DNA of 64,000 bases from Eledone cirrhosa (taxonomy: Eukaryota): positions 212,164,001-212,228,000 of the forward strand of contig OZ024740.1 of NCBI GenBank assembly GCA_964016885.1, written 5' to 3'. Below the pieces are notes generated by a model that was not told the origin of the DNA, did no database searches, and worked only from the letters and a program-made list of their open reading frames with translations. A program made the translations under genes and the position numbers. This document shows positions 37,120 to 50,269 of this stretch, in pieces. Position 1 is the stretch's first letter. Each line of letters opens with the position of its first letter.

Positions 37120-37753
37120 AGTATAGGGGAACAGATAAATGAACCTGGCGAGACCTTCAAGATAGTAAAGAATCATCTGTACTCTACCAACATGCTAAAA
37201 TAGAACATAAGGGTAAATTAGAGAACATAGAAATAAAAATAGAATCTACACACAGAAAAGATGCAATGTTTAGACAAATCACAGAGGCAATAAACATAAA
37301 TAAACTCCAACCAAAATTAAATAGAAAACATGAATGCAACAGCAACATCACAACTTACAATTAAGGACAAAATGAAAACACACACGCACATAGAACAAAC
37401 AACCAACCAGTAACATGTAAATAAACAAATAAATAAACGAATATAAACACACACAGACACCCGGATGTAACACATGCGCAAACTAAGCACACAACACACA
37501 CACAAAAACAAAATGGCGTAGGACAGAACAAAGGAGCGGCACAAAAACAAAGAAAAGAATCCCCAATCACTGAAGAGGTCACAGAATGTGTGACGAAAGA
37601 ACTTTGACAATATATAAAAAATCATCTGGTTGTGAAACCAAGCAACCGACCGAAATTTATAAATTCCTAAATTTATAAATTTATTATAATAAATTGAAGT
37701 GAAAGCAACTGGTGCGTGTGTTTCTTATTGGCAACATGACCCTCCCAAATTAT

Positions 37754-37760
<7 letters not shown>
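37120..37760 (+). mobile_element. 3' end of a second PLE lineage (GIY-YIG tail + family B HHR at 37563-37610)
   Basis: HAKIEHKG...DAMFRQITEAINI, then CTGAAGA-GGTCACAGAATGTGTGAC-GAAA-GAAC-TT^TGA. Confidence 0.7.
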
Positions 37761-37800
<40 letters not shown>

Positions 37801-37804
<4 letters not shown>

Positions 37805-37914
37805 AACAAGTAAGACCCCGACGGCTGAGCTCAAGCCGTTTCGACGACTAATTCTGGACCCAATTAGCTGTCGAAACGGCTTGAGCTCAGCCGTCGGGGT
37901 CTTACTTGTTCCTA
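37801..37914. repeat. Perfect 45-bp inverted repeat (114-bp hairpin)
   Basis: 37801-37845 is the exact reverse complement of 37870-37914. Confidence 0.95.
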
Positions 37915-38119
37915 TTACCCACTCTACTACCCTAAGTAATGAGTACTTTGGTGCGTTACCACATTTGGTTCCTTACCACATTCCCTTCGTTATATATATA
38001 TATATATATATATATCCACCACTAACATTTGGTCTTATTTCACTATATATACCTAACACTAACATTTGAAGCTTTGTATTCAAAATTAACATCGTTATGT
38101 ATTCTGCTCTAATATTTAG

Positions 38120-38233
38120 CATGAAGATGAACTGAAACTACTGGAAGTAAAATGGAAACAAATGGAAAGTAAGATGACCGAGTGGAAAAATCAGTGTCAA
38201 GTTTTGAAGCAAGAACTGAAATTGGCTAACAAA
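38120..38233 (+). CDS. CCDC13: Internal exon of coiled-coil domain-containing protein 13-like gene
   Basis: Boundaries tttag|CAT...AAA|gtgagt; 114 nt, phase 0. HEDELKLLEVKWKQMESKMTEWKNQCQVLKQELKLANK resembles the recalled CCDC13 segment KMSDLRNQIQSVKQELRMAQK. Confidence 0.8.
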
Positions 38234-38369
38234 GTGAGTTATAAATAGCAGTTTTGACTTGTTAACTTCATAATTCAATATAGTAGATAATACTGTTATT
38301 ATTATAGATCCATGCACAGAAATGCATGTACAAAAGAGACAACCTCCCCCAAAACGCTATAGAAACACA

Positions 38370-38430
38370 GTGATAATCACTGAAGATGTCACAGGAAAAT
38401 ATGTGACGAAAGTACTTTGAGAAATTATTG
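38370..38430 (+). ncRNA. Minimal type I hammerhead, family B variant, within pseudo-LTR remnant 38330-38557
   Basis: TCA-CTGAAGA-TGTCACA..TGTGAC-GAAA-GTAC-TT^TGA; palindromic GTAC. Confidence 0.7.
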
Positions 38431-38557
38431 CCAGCTAAATTATTTATAGAAATATAAAAAAAATATATATACTGAAACTGAAGCGAAAACCAAACAGTGA
38501 GTGTGTTTTACTATTAATTGGCAATATTAGAACAACATGACCCTCCCCAAATATAAC

Positions 38558-38875
38558 TAACTACATTGAATGGTTTCAATTTAGCAACATTTATCCGAAC
38601 ACAAATACTTCAGTATTCATATAGAGACATCAGGGCAGCAAGAAGCTGATCATCAATCCCATACTCCTGCACAGTCTTCCACAGCAGATCCCGAGGATCG
38701 CAGCCATATGCATTTTAGATGTCGGCAAAAATAAGAATATACTTCTTTGCAATACTTCTACGATTTCTTGAATATCTGCCGCAGTGTGAATATTTGGTAA
38801 GCTGCGCTGTGTCTGGGGCAAAAACCACACTGTTCATCAACTAGCTTGGACTTGACAATCTCCCTTCAGATTTTT
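38558..38875 (-). mobile_element. Decayed RTE RT fragment
   Basis: DEQCGF...YQIFTLRQIF...RDLLWKTVQEYGI, with stop codons. Confidence 0.7.
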
Positions 38876-38919
38876 TATAATTTTAACATGTAGTATCCCA
38901 CCAGTAAGTATCCCACCAG

Positions 38920-40110
38920 TAGTCTCACCTGTAGTGCCACCTGTAGTCTCATCTCTAGTCACACCTGTAGTCTCACCTGTAGTCTCACTTGTATCCCACC
39001 TCTAGTCTCACCTGTAGTCCCACCTCTAGTCTCACCTGTAGTCTCACCCGTAGTCTCACCTGAAGTCCCACCTGTAGTCTCACCTGTAGTCCCACCTCTA
39101 GTCCCACCTGTAGTCCCACCTCTAGTTACACCTGTAGTCTCACCTGTATCCCACCTGTAGTCACACCTGTAATGCCATCTGTAGTCTCACCTGTAGTCCC
39201 ACCTATAGTCCCACCTGTATCTCACCTGTAGTCCCACTTGTAGTCCCACCTGTAGTCCCACTTGTATCTCACCTGTATCCTACCTGTAGTCCCACCTGTA
39301 GTCCCACCTGTATCCCACATGTAGTCCTACCTGTAGTCCCACCTGTAGTCCCACCTATAGTCCTACCTGTAGTCTCATCTGTATCCCACCTCTAGTCTCA
39401 CCTGTAGTCTCACCCGAAGTCCCACCTGTAGTCCCACCTGTAATCACACCTCTAGTCACACCTCTAGTCCCACCTGTAGTCCCACATGTAGTTCGACCTC
39501 TAGTCTCACCTGTATCCCACCTGTAGTCTCACCTGTAGTCTCACTTGTAGTCCCACCTGTAGTCCCACTTGTAGTCCCACCTGTAGTCCCACTTGTATCT
39601 CACCTGTAGTCCCACCTGAAGTCCCACCTATAGTCTCACCTGTAGTCACACCTGTATCTCACCTGTATCCCACCTATAGTCCTACATGTAGTCCTACCTG
39701 TAGTCCTACCTATAGTCCTACCTGTAGTCCCAACTGTATCTCACCTGTATCCCACCTGTAGTCCTACATGTAGTCCCACCTGTAGTCCCACCTGTATCTC
39801 ACCTGTATCCCACCTGTAGTCCTACATGTAGTCCTACATGTAGTCCTACATGTAGTCCCACATGTAGTCCCACATGTAGTCCCACCTGTAGTCCCACCTG
39901 TAGTCCCACCTGTAGTCCAACCTCTATCTCACCTGTATCCCACCTGTAGTCCTACATGTAGTCCCACCTGTAGTCCAACCTGTATCTCACCTGTATCTCA
40001 CCTGTATCTCACCTGTATCCCACCTGTAGTCCTACATGTAGTCCCACCTGTATCCCACCTGTAGTCCTACATGTAGTCCCACCTGTGGTCTCACCTGTAG
40101 TCTCACCTTT
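38920..40110. repeat. Minisatellite, 12/11-bp unit CACCTGTA(G)TCC, roughly 100 copies
   Basis: Seen directly in the sequence. Confidence 0.95.
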
Positions 40111-40164
40111 ATAAAATAATTACATGACTGATACATGAGCTGCTTCCTTTTTGTGCCTGTGATT

Positions 40165-40165
40165 G

Positions 40166-40196
<31 letters not shown>

Positions 40197-40735
40197 TGTG
40201 TGTGTGTATGTGTGTGTGTATGTGAGGTGTGAGGTGTCTGTATGTGTGTCAGTGTCTCGTGTCAGTGTGTGTCTGTGACAGTGTGTGTCGGTGTATCGCG
40301 CGTGTGTGTGTGTCTGTCAGTATGTGTGTGTCTGTCAGTATGTGTGTGTCTGTGTTTCGCGTGTCAGTGTGTGTCTGTGTATGTGTCAGTGTGTGTGTCT
40401 GTGTGTGTGTCAGTGTGCGTGTGTGTATGTGTCTCTGTGTGTCTGTGTGTGTGTCTGTCTGTCTGTGTGTGTCTGTCTGTCTGTGTGTGTGTGTATGTGC
40501 GTGTGTGTCTGTCTGTCTGTCTGTGTGTATGTGTGTGCATGTGTGTCTGTGTGTGTGTGCATGTGTGTCTGTGTGTGTATGTGTGTGTATGTGTGTGTGT
40601 GTGTGTACATGTATGTACTTATTACACACAAACACACATTTATGTACTTACACACACATTTATGTACTTACACACACATATATGTAGTTACACACACACA
40701 TGTATGTACTTATAACACACACAAATGTATGTACT
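40165..40735. repeat. (GT)n/(GTCT)n compound microsatellite
   Basis: Seen directly in the sequence. Confidence 0.9.
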
Positions 40736-40736
40736 T

Positions 40737-41743
40737 ACTCTCGGGTCTTGAATAATTCTCCCCCCACTCCGCTTATTAATTTTTCAGATTTTTCCACACA
40801 CACACACACACCCCTTAATCCACCCACCCCTCCTTTATTATATTTTCCTAATCTGTCCCCAGTAATTTTATTTTAAGTGGTAGCATTTGTGCAACATGTG
40901 ATTTTCTTTAGACATTAAAAAACATTATACATGACAAAAACAAAAAGAACATTACTAGAAATTCCATATGTTTTCAAGTAAACTAGCAGAATGGCCCGGC
41001 GTTGCTCGGGATTTGCTCTAGGGTTCTTGTATATTTGATATATATTTACCCTTATCGAGCCTCGTGAAATAAATACGTTTGTTTATATTTTGTTATTGTG
41101 TAGGCAAAAATATCTGTACACGAATATATAATTATATATATATATATATATAAAAAATAACAGATTAAAGTTTAAGCAAAGAATCGCTGCTTTCACCCTT
41201 AACGGGATCTTCTGAAACTAAAAAAAATCAATCTGTGAACGCAGAAGTAAATATTTCGAAAAATGTTACACACTATATATATATACACACACTATATATA
41301 CATACACACACACACACACACACAGCGTCATAATGTCGTAATGCAGACAGGCAGACAGACAGATATTATAAGGGCACAACATTATATCTATGTATCTATC
41401 TAAAAATTATAGAGAGAGATGGCTAAATCGCCTAATGCGGTCCCTAGGGCATTGAAAATTTGAAATTCTTTTCTCAAAACACTCACAGGACCATAAGTAT
41501 TACATGTGTAAAGTTTGAAAACAATCGTTTGGGTGGTTCTCGAGTTTTAGGGAGCTGACAGACAGACATTCTCTGTTTTAGATATATAGATAGGATGGGT
41601 TGTGGCCGCAATATGTAAACTAAGTGACTAATTCTGTTTTTTTTTTTTGTTTTAATCAAGGGAGACAATCTAGAAAAATTACTGATTTTCCACCCCACCA
41701 CCTACTTAATTCACCCCTCCCTATCATTTGAGGCCCAAGAATA
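40737..41743. mobile_element. Old TA-flanked MITE with imperfect TIRs, interrupted by a nested element
   Basis: TACTCTCGGGTCTTGAAT at the left end and ATTTGAGGCCCAAGAATA at the right end. Confidence 0.45.
40981..41591. mobile_element. Non-autonomous Helitron/Helentron-like element
   Basis: Ends AACTAGCAGAATGGCCCGGCGTTGCTCGGG (GC hairpin next to CTAG) and GACAGACAGAC...TATATAGAT. Confidence 0.55.
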
Positions 41744-41884
41744 TGTACTTAAAGAGAAATATGAAATAACTCGTGTCCACTTTTCCATGGTGGTATGGGT
41801 TTCAATCTGATAGTTTGAGACAATGTTTTTCAACCAGGTGCCCTTCCTGACACCAACCCTTTTAGTCATTTCTTACAACTTGCA

Positions 41885-42125
41885 GGGATATGGTAAGAGT
41901 TTGGTTCCTGGACTGGGTTGTGTGTTGTGTTCTTGAGCAAAACACTTCATTTCATGTGCTCCAATATACTCGGCTGAAAATCAGTACCAGTAATAGCTGG
42001 GGGTTAGCCCCACGATGGACTAGTGTCATGTCCAGGGGGAAGTCTTGTACCACAGTTACTTCACGCCACAAAACTGTGATAAGCACCAGCCTGATGAGCC
42101 TCCAGACTCGAGACAGATTTTAGAT
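41885..42125 (+). mobile_element. Degraded tRNA-SINE
   Basis: Core TGTGTTCTTGAGCAAAACACTT as in 21086 and 62533. Confidence 0.6.
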
Positions 42126-42469
42126 TCTACACAATATACAATAACTGTTTCAAAAATATAACCTATTGGAGCATGAATTGCAATTTGTCACTCTAGTTCT
42201 TTGTCAAGTAGATCTCTACCAAATTTGTAAAATATTCTTGCCCATTAATCCTCAAATAACGTGTCTGCATAATCAGCATTTCCACAGAATATTCTTGCAC
42301 ACAATTCCTCAAACAGCATGACTGCAGATTCAGCTTACCCAAGGAAAAAAACTGTCATATTTCTACTTACTTTGCTTCCCACATCACAATACATACACCT
42401 GGCAATATGGAGATCGATCAACAAGTTCCCAGACCTCATTCACTTACCGAGCAGAGTGGAACTTGTTAA

Positions 42470-42662
42470 ATCAGACCAAAGAAACAATGTTTCCATTGGT
42501 TTTTCCATTGCTGATACAACCTGCCAGATGCAACTCCTGGCAGAAAGAGCAATGTGACATAAAGTGTCATGCTCAAGGACATAATGTATTGCCCAATCCA
42601 AGTATAAAACTCATAACCTCATGATTGTGAATCCAATTCTAACCACTAAGTCACATGACTTC
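42470..42662 (-). mobile_element. Degraded tRNA-SINE
   Basis: Reverse of TTAGTGGTTAGAA...TGTCCTTGAGCATGACACTT. Confidence 0.6.
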
Positions 42663-42779
42663 ACAAGACACCAGGCAAAACTCTGCCAAAATTGTATTTC
42701 TTCACTCCACCAATCTCAACACTTTTTATCTATACATACCAAGTGTTAGGACACCCCCAATCTACCAGCTTGACAATCT

Positions 42780-43900
42780 TTATTACCATTAACTGTTGCA
42801 TTCCAGAGCTGAACGCTATTCTTGCTTGAGGAATCTTGCCTAATCTCTGGGAAAATTTCAGTTTTTATCACCTCCCATCTCTGACCCAATTATCAATCTA
42901 TTACTTTTACTTCCAACATTTCAAAGATGCTACAAATTGTTAATTATCACATTTTCCAAAACTTTGAGCCCTTCTCTCTAGTAAGGTCTCCTTAATGCTA
43001 GATCTCCCAAGGATTCCTTCTATATTACTGTCCTCTCTCTACAACCTATCAAAATCTGATGTGCCTCAAGGTTCTGTTATTCACCCCATACTCTTCATTT
43101 ACATTAACAACCATCTTGTTTTCACTTCTAACAATGCTTATTCTTCTGCAGATAATAGCACCCTTCACTTCAGCCTAACTTTCCAAACACAGATGTCATT
43201 CACATGTTACCTAGAAACCTCATATTAAATCTGCACTGTCTCAATTGGGATATGACAATCTTGCATATATCAAGGAATAACTTTTATCCATGCCCTTGGA
43301 TATTGATAACATGCTATTAAAACTTTCAAAGTCATTATAAATTCTGGAATTTACAATAGCTGATGGTCTTTCTGGAGAATCACACATTCACATCATAGTA
43401 AAAACTGCACCACCATGCAAACTAGAATTCCTCTTCTGGGCCAGAAAATACTTGAGCACCCAAAAGTTACTGATTCCTGACAAAGCTCAAGTAAGACTTA
43501 CAATGGAATACAATTCCCCCACAAAAATGTCCAAGACCACATCCAATAGTAAGCCATTCCACATCAACACACTTCCCCCTCTTGCCCACAAGTTAGCTCT
43601 CTCCTCACTTTGCTTATACTATCACAGTTACTTTGACCTCTGATTCTCTGATCTATCTCATCAACAAGCTCATCTTTCTTCCTTTTGTCAGCCATACAGT
43701 ATATTTCCAGTATATTTCCTTTGCAGAATGTTGTCATCTCTCTGGAATTACACCTTCTCTCCCACGTTTAATTTTTTCTTTTTTACAGACATTCACTTAC
43801 AGTGAAAGTTCAATCTGAACCTCTTTATCAATATCACTAATCATAGAGGGGCTCTGAAGGTTATGGGCACTGCTCTTTCATCCAGACTAATCTATAAAAA
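42780..43900 (+). mobile_element. Ancient LINE RT remnant (CR1/L2/Jockey-like)
   Basis: SDVPQGSVIHPILF, ADNSTL and KAQVRLTMEY. Confidence 0.6.
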
Positions 43901-44031
43901 AAAAAACAGACTCAAGTGTAAAACCTTTCTGGCAGTTTTTCCACAGATTTCCTAACAAAATTAAATCCATCTCTCCGTAGAGACTTTCAGACTCCATTCT
44001 ATATTGTTATAATATTCTTGTTTTATTTTAG

Positions 44032-44136
44032 GTCATTAGTCAGGAGGTTGGAGACGGTACGAATATTCATTCTTTGCTTTCTGAAAATTCTTCTTGGAAA
44101 GGACGAGCACAGCAAAACTTGGTTCTAAGACAAAAG
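44032..44136 (+). CDS. CCDC13: Internal exon of CCDC13-like gene
   Basis: Boundaries ttttag|GTC...AAG|gtaac; 105 nt, phase 0. VISQEVGDGTNIHSLLSENSSWKGRAQQNLVLRQK resembles the recalled CCDC13 segment EVGEDINVQQLL..WRGRAQQILVLQSK. Confidence 0.88.
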
Positions 44137-44701
44137 GTAACAGGCATATTATGAAAATGAAAACTAATTTAAAATAATGATTCTTTTCATGCAGCAAAAA
44201 TAGGGTTCCTCCTGCAACTAATTAGAATTTAACATACACAAAAGAGAAAAAGGAAAAATATGTATAAACTATTTATTAGAAAACATCAAGAAATATATTG
44301 TGTCTAAAGTCTAAGACAGGTCACATGACCATATCTTGCTCATATGTTCCCAGCATCATTTCTATGGCTGGATAATCTTTCTAATACCAACCATTTTACA
44401 GTATGTACTAGTTACATATTATCATGGCACCAGCTCTATCACTTTACAAGGTGAACTGACTGCTTTTTATCCTGGAAACAGCATTACCACTTTACAGAGT
44501 GGGCTGGGTGCATTTATTGTAAGACCAGCACTACTGTGTTATAACACTAAGGTCCTCATTACTGTCGTAACATAGTAGGTAGTACTTTGTCACATGGTTG
44601 ACACCTGCACTACCATGTTACAACATTAGGGTCCTCACTGGTGTCATAACACAGAAATCCTTTGTCACATTTGTTATTTGAATTTTTCTCACTGTACAAT
44701 A

Positions 44702-45182
44702 CTGGGGTGCTGAAAAGTTCCTGGTTTTAAAGGTATCATGAAAAGGTAGAGCTGTTACCTTTACAGGGAGGTAGGTCTGCTGCAATAAATGTGTGAAGGT
44801 AGAGCTGTTACCTTTACAGGGGAGGTAGGACTGCTGCAATAAATGTGGGAATGTAGAGCTATTTACCTTTACAGGGGAGGTAGGACTGCTGCAATAAATG
44901 TGTGATGGTAGAGCTGTTACCTTTACAGGGGAGGTAAGACTGCTGCAATAAATGTGGGAATCTGAGAGGGAATATGTTGAATAAAATCATAATTAACTGA
45001 TGGTGAGAGAAAAGGAGAGGTTGAAGATAAATCAAAATCTTGATGGCTCATAAGAGGAGCAGGACATTTGGAGCTGAATGATATGAGAGGGGGTAAACTT
45101 TATCTTAATTTATTAACTTAGAGATTTGATCTTTTTTCTTTATTTTGTTTTTACCGAAACCAGGAACTTTGCGGCACCCCAG
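44702..45182. mobile_element. Tc1/mariner-type MITE with internal ~52-bp tandem repeat (about 4 copies, 44745-44960)
   Basis: TA|CTGGGGTGCTGAAAAGTTCCTGG ... CCAGGAACTTTGCGGCACCCCAG|TA. Confidence 0.85.
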
Positions 45183-45349
45183 TATTTAATAGTTTTCTTT
45201 TCAGTTCTAATTTCAGTAGAATCTATAACATACTGTTTCTTTACTGCCCAGGTCAGTATGGAAAATGTTGATGCTGTTGATGATGACGTTGACGTTGATG
45301 ATGATGATGAATTAATGTTCTTTATGTTTGTTATATTTTCATTTTTAAG

Positions 45350-45511
45350 GTTTCTGAGTTGAAACAACAAGTGAAACAATATCAAAATAAATCTGTGAGC
45401 AGCAGTAACCCCAACGATGAAAGTAATGGCTCTCAATCCACTACTTGTGATCAAAGCACTAACAAGCAGTCACTGAAGCAAACAATTAAAAATCGAAAAA
45501 TACACCAGGAG
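45350..45511 (+). CDS. CCDC13: Internal exon of CCDC13-like gene
   Basis: Boundaries ttttaag|GTT...GAG|gtagat; 162 nt, phase 0. VSELKQQVKQYQ continues the CCDC13-like VQELEKQL segment. Confidence 0.72.
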
Positions 45512-46404
45512 GTAGATATTTTTATAAATATTCAATTGGACAAAAAGTTCCTGCTTTTTTTTTCAAAAGGGAGCATTTTGGTAGATGCATTTGTTAGTTT
45601 TATATTGAATAATTATAATATTATAATCAATATTCAATTTGTTTGCAAGCAAACAGCCTCATAATGCTATGAGACCTTTTGCTCCGATCTCTACACTCTG
45701 TCTCTGAATTCATGTTTATAATTTTCAAAAATTCTTTCAATGACAAATTAAACAAAGCTGACACCTCCTCAGGGAGGTGAGGGTGTTGTATTACCACAAC
45801 TGATCCACCTGTGAGAAGCGGGTCAGTTGCTCCAAACTTTTGTCAAGTTTAAAACACAAACAAAAGCCGATGTAAAGCATGGCTACTACATTGTGAGTCA
45901 ATCTATATAAATAAAAGTCGAATTGTGTCCGTCAATCCATGTGTCAGTCCACCGATGGAAGTGGGATGGTGAAAAAACTACAGCGAAAACAGACTTCTCT
46001 AAACTTTTCCACGCTCTGCGTGAGTGTATGTATGTGTGTGTTTGTATGGATATGTGTGTGTTTTGTGTGAGTGTATGTCTGTATGTGTGTATGTGTGTGT
46101 ATTTGTGTGCATTTATCGTGTTTGTGGGTTGTGAATATTCTACGGTGAGAAAAAAATCAAACAGCGTTTCAATTTGTACGTAAATGACATAGTTATTGCT
46201 TCAATCTGTTTATTAACCATCAGCAAATACCCTAAATCTAACAGCAACCTACACACGTGACTCCTGCCAAACAAAACCGTACTCACCCTCCACATTCGGC
46301 AAATCAAATGACGTGGACCATCCATCCTCCCAAACTCGGGCTACATAACCGGACCGCAACATTATAAACAATGGACCTATATATATAATGCTTGTGACAT
46401 AGAT

Positions 46405-46810
46405 ATCTTTCTTTATTTGCCACAAGGGCGTACAAAAATGGGACATAACAAGACGTGAGGACGGAGGTTTTACATAAAAATCGTTAACAATAATAAATAA
46501 CTATAAACTATATATAAAATAAAACAATCGAAATCCCCAATTCGTTACTGTGGGGTTGTTTTACACCCTGTGGATAGAACCCTCAACACCAGGAGCATGT
46601 TTTGTAGGTGTTCCTGTCTTCCTCAACCTACAGGTTTATATACAGAGAAGGCCCATTCACTTGGGCCATTTTTGCTACATTCACCCACCTTTCAGTGAAT
46701 TTACTGGGGTGTAGCACCTCTCTCTCCACTCTCACCTTACTTCTAAAGTGGTATTTAAAGAAGGAGATGAGTTGGTGTCTGGAGAGAAAGGTGTTTACCC
46801 TCAGTCGACA
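46405..46810 (-). mobile_element. 3' fragment of an L1/Tx1-like LINE
   Basis: Minus strand FFKYHFRSKVRVERE...FTERWVNVA* followed by a UTR ending CCCTTGTGGCAAATAAAGAAAG. Confidence 0.5.
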
Positions 46811-48219
46811 TAGATGGTTAATTAGTTACGATGAACTAACTATCTACATCTGACTTCTGTCATTTTCATTGTTCTATGCACAACACATTAAGCAACTATG
46901 GGTCACACCGCTTCATCTCGCCGCAACTATCCTTTCAATGACACATTGAGTTCTAACAACGTCATCAGCCCCACTAGGTGGAATATGATATATATATCAT
47001 CATCATCATCATCATTTTACGTCAGTAGATATGGAGTACATGTATGTGTTACCCTCCTATTCTGCGGTTCACAGTCTACATGCTGACTTTGGGGTGTTTT
47101 TGCCCAGTGTTGTATTTTTGGCATAGTTGGCCTTCCATAGATTGACGCTCTATGTTATTCTCCCAAGAATAACGTCTTGGCCCCGATAGCCTTCCGTATT
47201 TATTAACGGTTTGTTTATACTTGAATCTGGTGACTACACGTGTGAATACGCATCTCCTCATAAGGTTTTATTTTGAATATTAATCGTGATTACTCTGGCT
47301 AATTTACTGTGAAACTACATTATCTGCGACCAGTGAGAGCAACTGTTATGGGTTTTGACTTTTGTTAGCTGGGTAAGATATTTTGTGTAATATATCCGCG
47401 TAGATTTGGGTGTCCGGTGTGGTGTGTGTGTGTGTGTGTATGTATATATTTATGTGTATATACGTGTATGTGTATATATATATATATATACTGTCTCTGT
47501 ATATATGTGTATGTATACTGTCTCTGTATATACATGTTTGTGTGTATGTGTGTATGTATAAGTATACATATACTGTCTTTGGACTAACCCTAATGTTGCG
47601 TACATTCTTGCGATGCCGGATTGTTGCTCAATGTTGTGATTTTGTGGTTATCGGCTTTGGAAGCTATTTGTTATGCACGTTGTTGAGTTTTCTTATATTA
47701 AATGGTATGCATAATAACCTGCTTCACCTGACTGTGTTTTACCACCTGCACTTGCCTGCTTCTGCTCACTAATATGCGCCTCAGTTATTTGCCTCTTGAT
47801 GTTCGTGCTGCTGTATATGAATTTGCCTGCAACCTTCCCAGCATATGCTCCTGCTTGTGATACGGATACACCTTGTTAACCAATTAATTCTTGCCTGAGT
47901 GCTCAACTCTATGAATGCACATCTGTGTATTGAACTTTGGAGTGTGAACTTTTTGGGATTGCCCAACCGCTCAACTCTATGAATGCACACCTGTGGATTG
48001 AACTTTGGAGTGTGAACTTTTGGGACTGTCCAACCTGGGATGTTTCCATTGCATTGTAATGGTCCACTCAATCTAGTGCGGACATAGCATCTGTTCATAA
48101 AAAATAAAAAATAAAAAATCTCATTCGAACACTCTATTGTTGAACTGTGGCTAACTGCAACACCTAAGGCGTTCGTGTGCTCCTGATATATTCCATATAT
48201 CACCATGAGTTAACACTAG

Positions 48220-49195
48220 TGTCACCTTAGGATTTCTATAATAATATTATTATTACATGCCCTAATAATTACCATCTTGATTACCCTTATTACATCTTTT
48301 TACCCCGTTACATTTTTATAAATATGCATTACTTGGACTGATATGTGTATATATATGTATATATATCCTTATATATACGTCTCTTTTATATATATTTTTT
48401 ATATATATTTTTGTATATATTTTTGTATATTTTATATATTGTACGTATATCACTTGTTGAACATAGCTTGATAGCTTATGCATTTGCCAGTCTTATCTTT
48501 ACCCACACCTTCCTTTATGGTGTATATTTTACTCCATTTTTTTTGGTGTATTGTTTTATTTATCTTCTGGTGTATATTCTACTTTACTTTATTTTATTTT
48601 ATTTTATTTTATTTTTTATCTTTTATCTATTTTTTATCTATTTTTTATCTATTGTTTATCTATTATTTATCTATTTTTTATCTTTTTTATCTACTTTTTA
48701 TCTACTTGTTATCTATTTTTTATCTATTTTTTATCTACCTCTTATCTATTTTTTATCTATCTCTATCTCTTAACTTGTGCCCATGCGTCTATGATATGTT
48801 ATTTGTATTAGTGTATACTGTATGTGTTGCATACGTGTGCTTGTGTGTAGGTGCATGCGGGTGCTCATGCTTATGCGTATACTTGTATGTAGCTGTATGT
48901 TAACGGAACCCTGCCCAACTGTGAGTGATAACATTTCTTATTTTTCATTTTTATTTTTATTTTTATTTTTATTTTTATTTTACTCTTTTCTTATTTTACT
49001 CCTTTTACTTTACTCTTTAAACTCCTCCCAACTTATGGTATCCCCACATATATTCTTCTGTTTTGGCTTTGTCAATGCTTGTATACTTTGTATTTACTCT
49101 TTATACTCTGAAGAGTCCCACTTCTAGTGTGGACGAAACACTGTTAGCAATTAAAGATATACCTATGTTCTAAGCGCTCTTTGTTGTTAATTGTA
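48220..49195 (+). mobile_element. PLE pseudo-LTR (family F) with HHR at 49100-49155
   Basis: Homologous to 57930-58975; CTGAAGA-GTCC-CAC..GTG-T-GGAC-GAAA-CACTG-TT^AGCA. Confidence 0.75.
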
Positions 49196-49902
49196 TATAG
49201 ATATATGTATATATAGATATATGTATATATGTATATATAGATATATGTATATATAGATATATGTATATATGTATATATAGATATATGTATATATAGATAT
49301 ATGTATATAGATATATTTATATATATGTGTGTATATATATATATGTGTATATATATATGTGTATATATATATATATGTATATATAGATATATTTATATAT
49401 ATATATTTATATGTATATATATGTATATATAGATATATGTATATATAGATATATGTATATATAGATATATGTATATATGTATATATAGATATATGTATAT
49501 ATAGATATATGTATATATAGATATATGTATATATAGATATATGTATATAGATATATGTATATATATATGTGTGTATATATATATATGTGTATATATATAT
49601 ATGTATATATAGATATATGTATAAATATATATGTATATGTATATATGTATATATAGATATATGTATATATAGATATTTGTATATATAGATATATGTATAT
49701 ATATATATATATGTATATGTATATATATATGTATATATAGATATATGTATATATAGATATATGTATATATATATATGTGTATGTATATATATATATGTGT
49801 ATGTATATATATATATGTGTATGTATATATATATATAGATGTATATATATATATATATGTATATATATGTAAATATATATATATATATATGTATATATAT
49901 AA

Positions 49903-50236
<334 letters not shown>

Positions 50237-50269
50237 GTATATATATATATAAATACATCTATATATATA

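Noticed and set aside
38920-40110. CRISPR-like or telomeric array
   Set aside because: No unique spacers, eukaryotic context, and not a recognised telomeric repeat.
45900-46370. Helitron-like start ATCTATATAAATAAAAGT
   Set aside because: No convincing 3' hairpin plus CTRR end found.
47080-47340. Very decayed GIY-YIG-like remnant on the minus strand
   Set aside because: Too degenerate to support by eye.
47781-48206. 141-aa ORF
   Set aside because: No recognisable motif; it overlaps a ~68-bp tandem duplication (47902-48025) and is probably element UTR.
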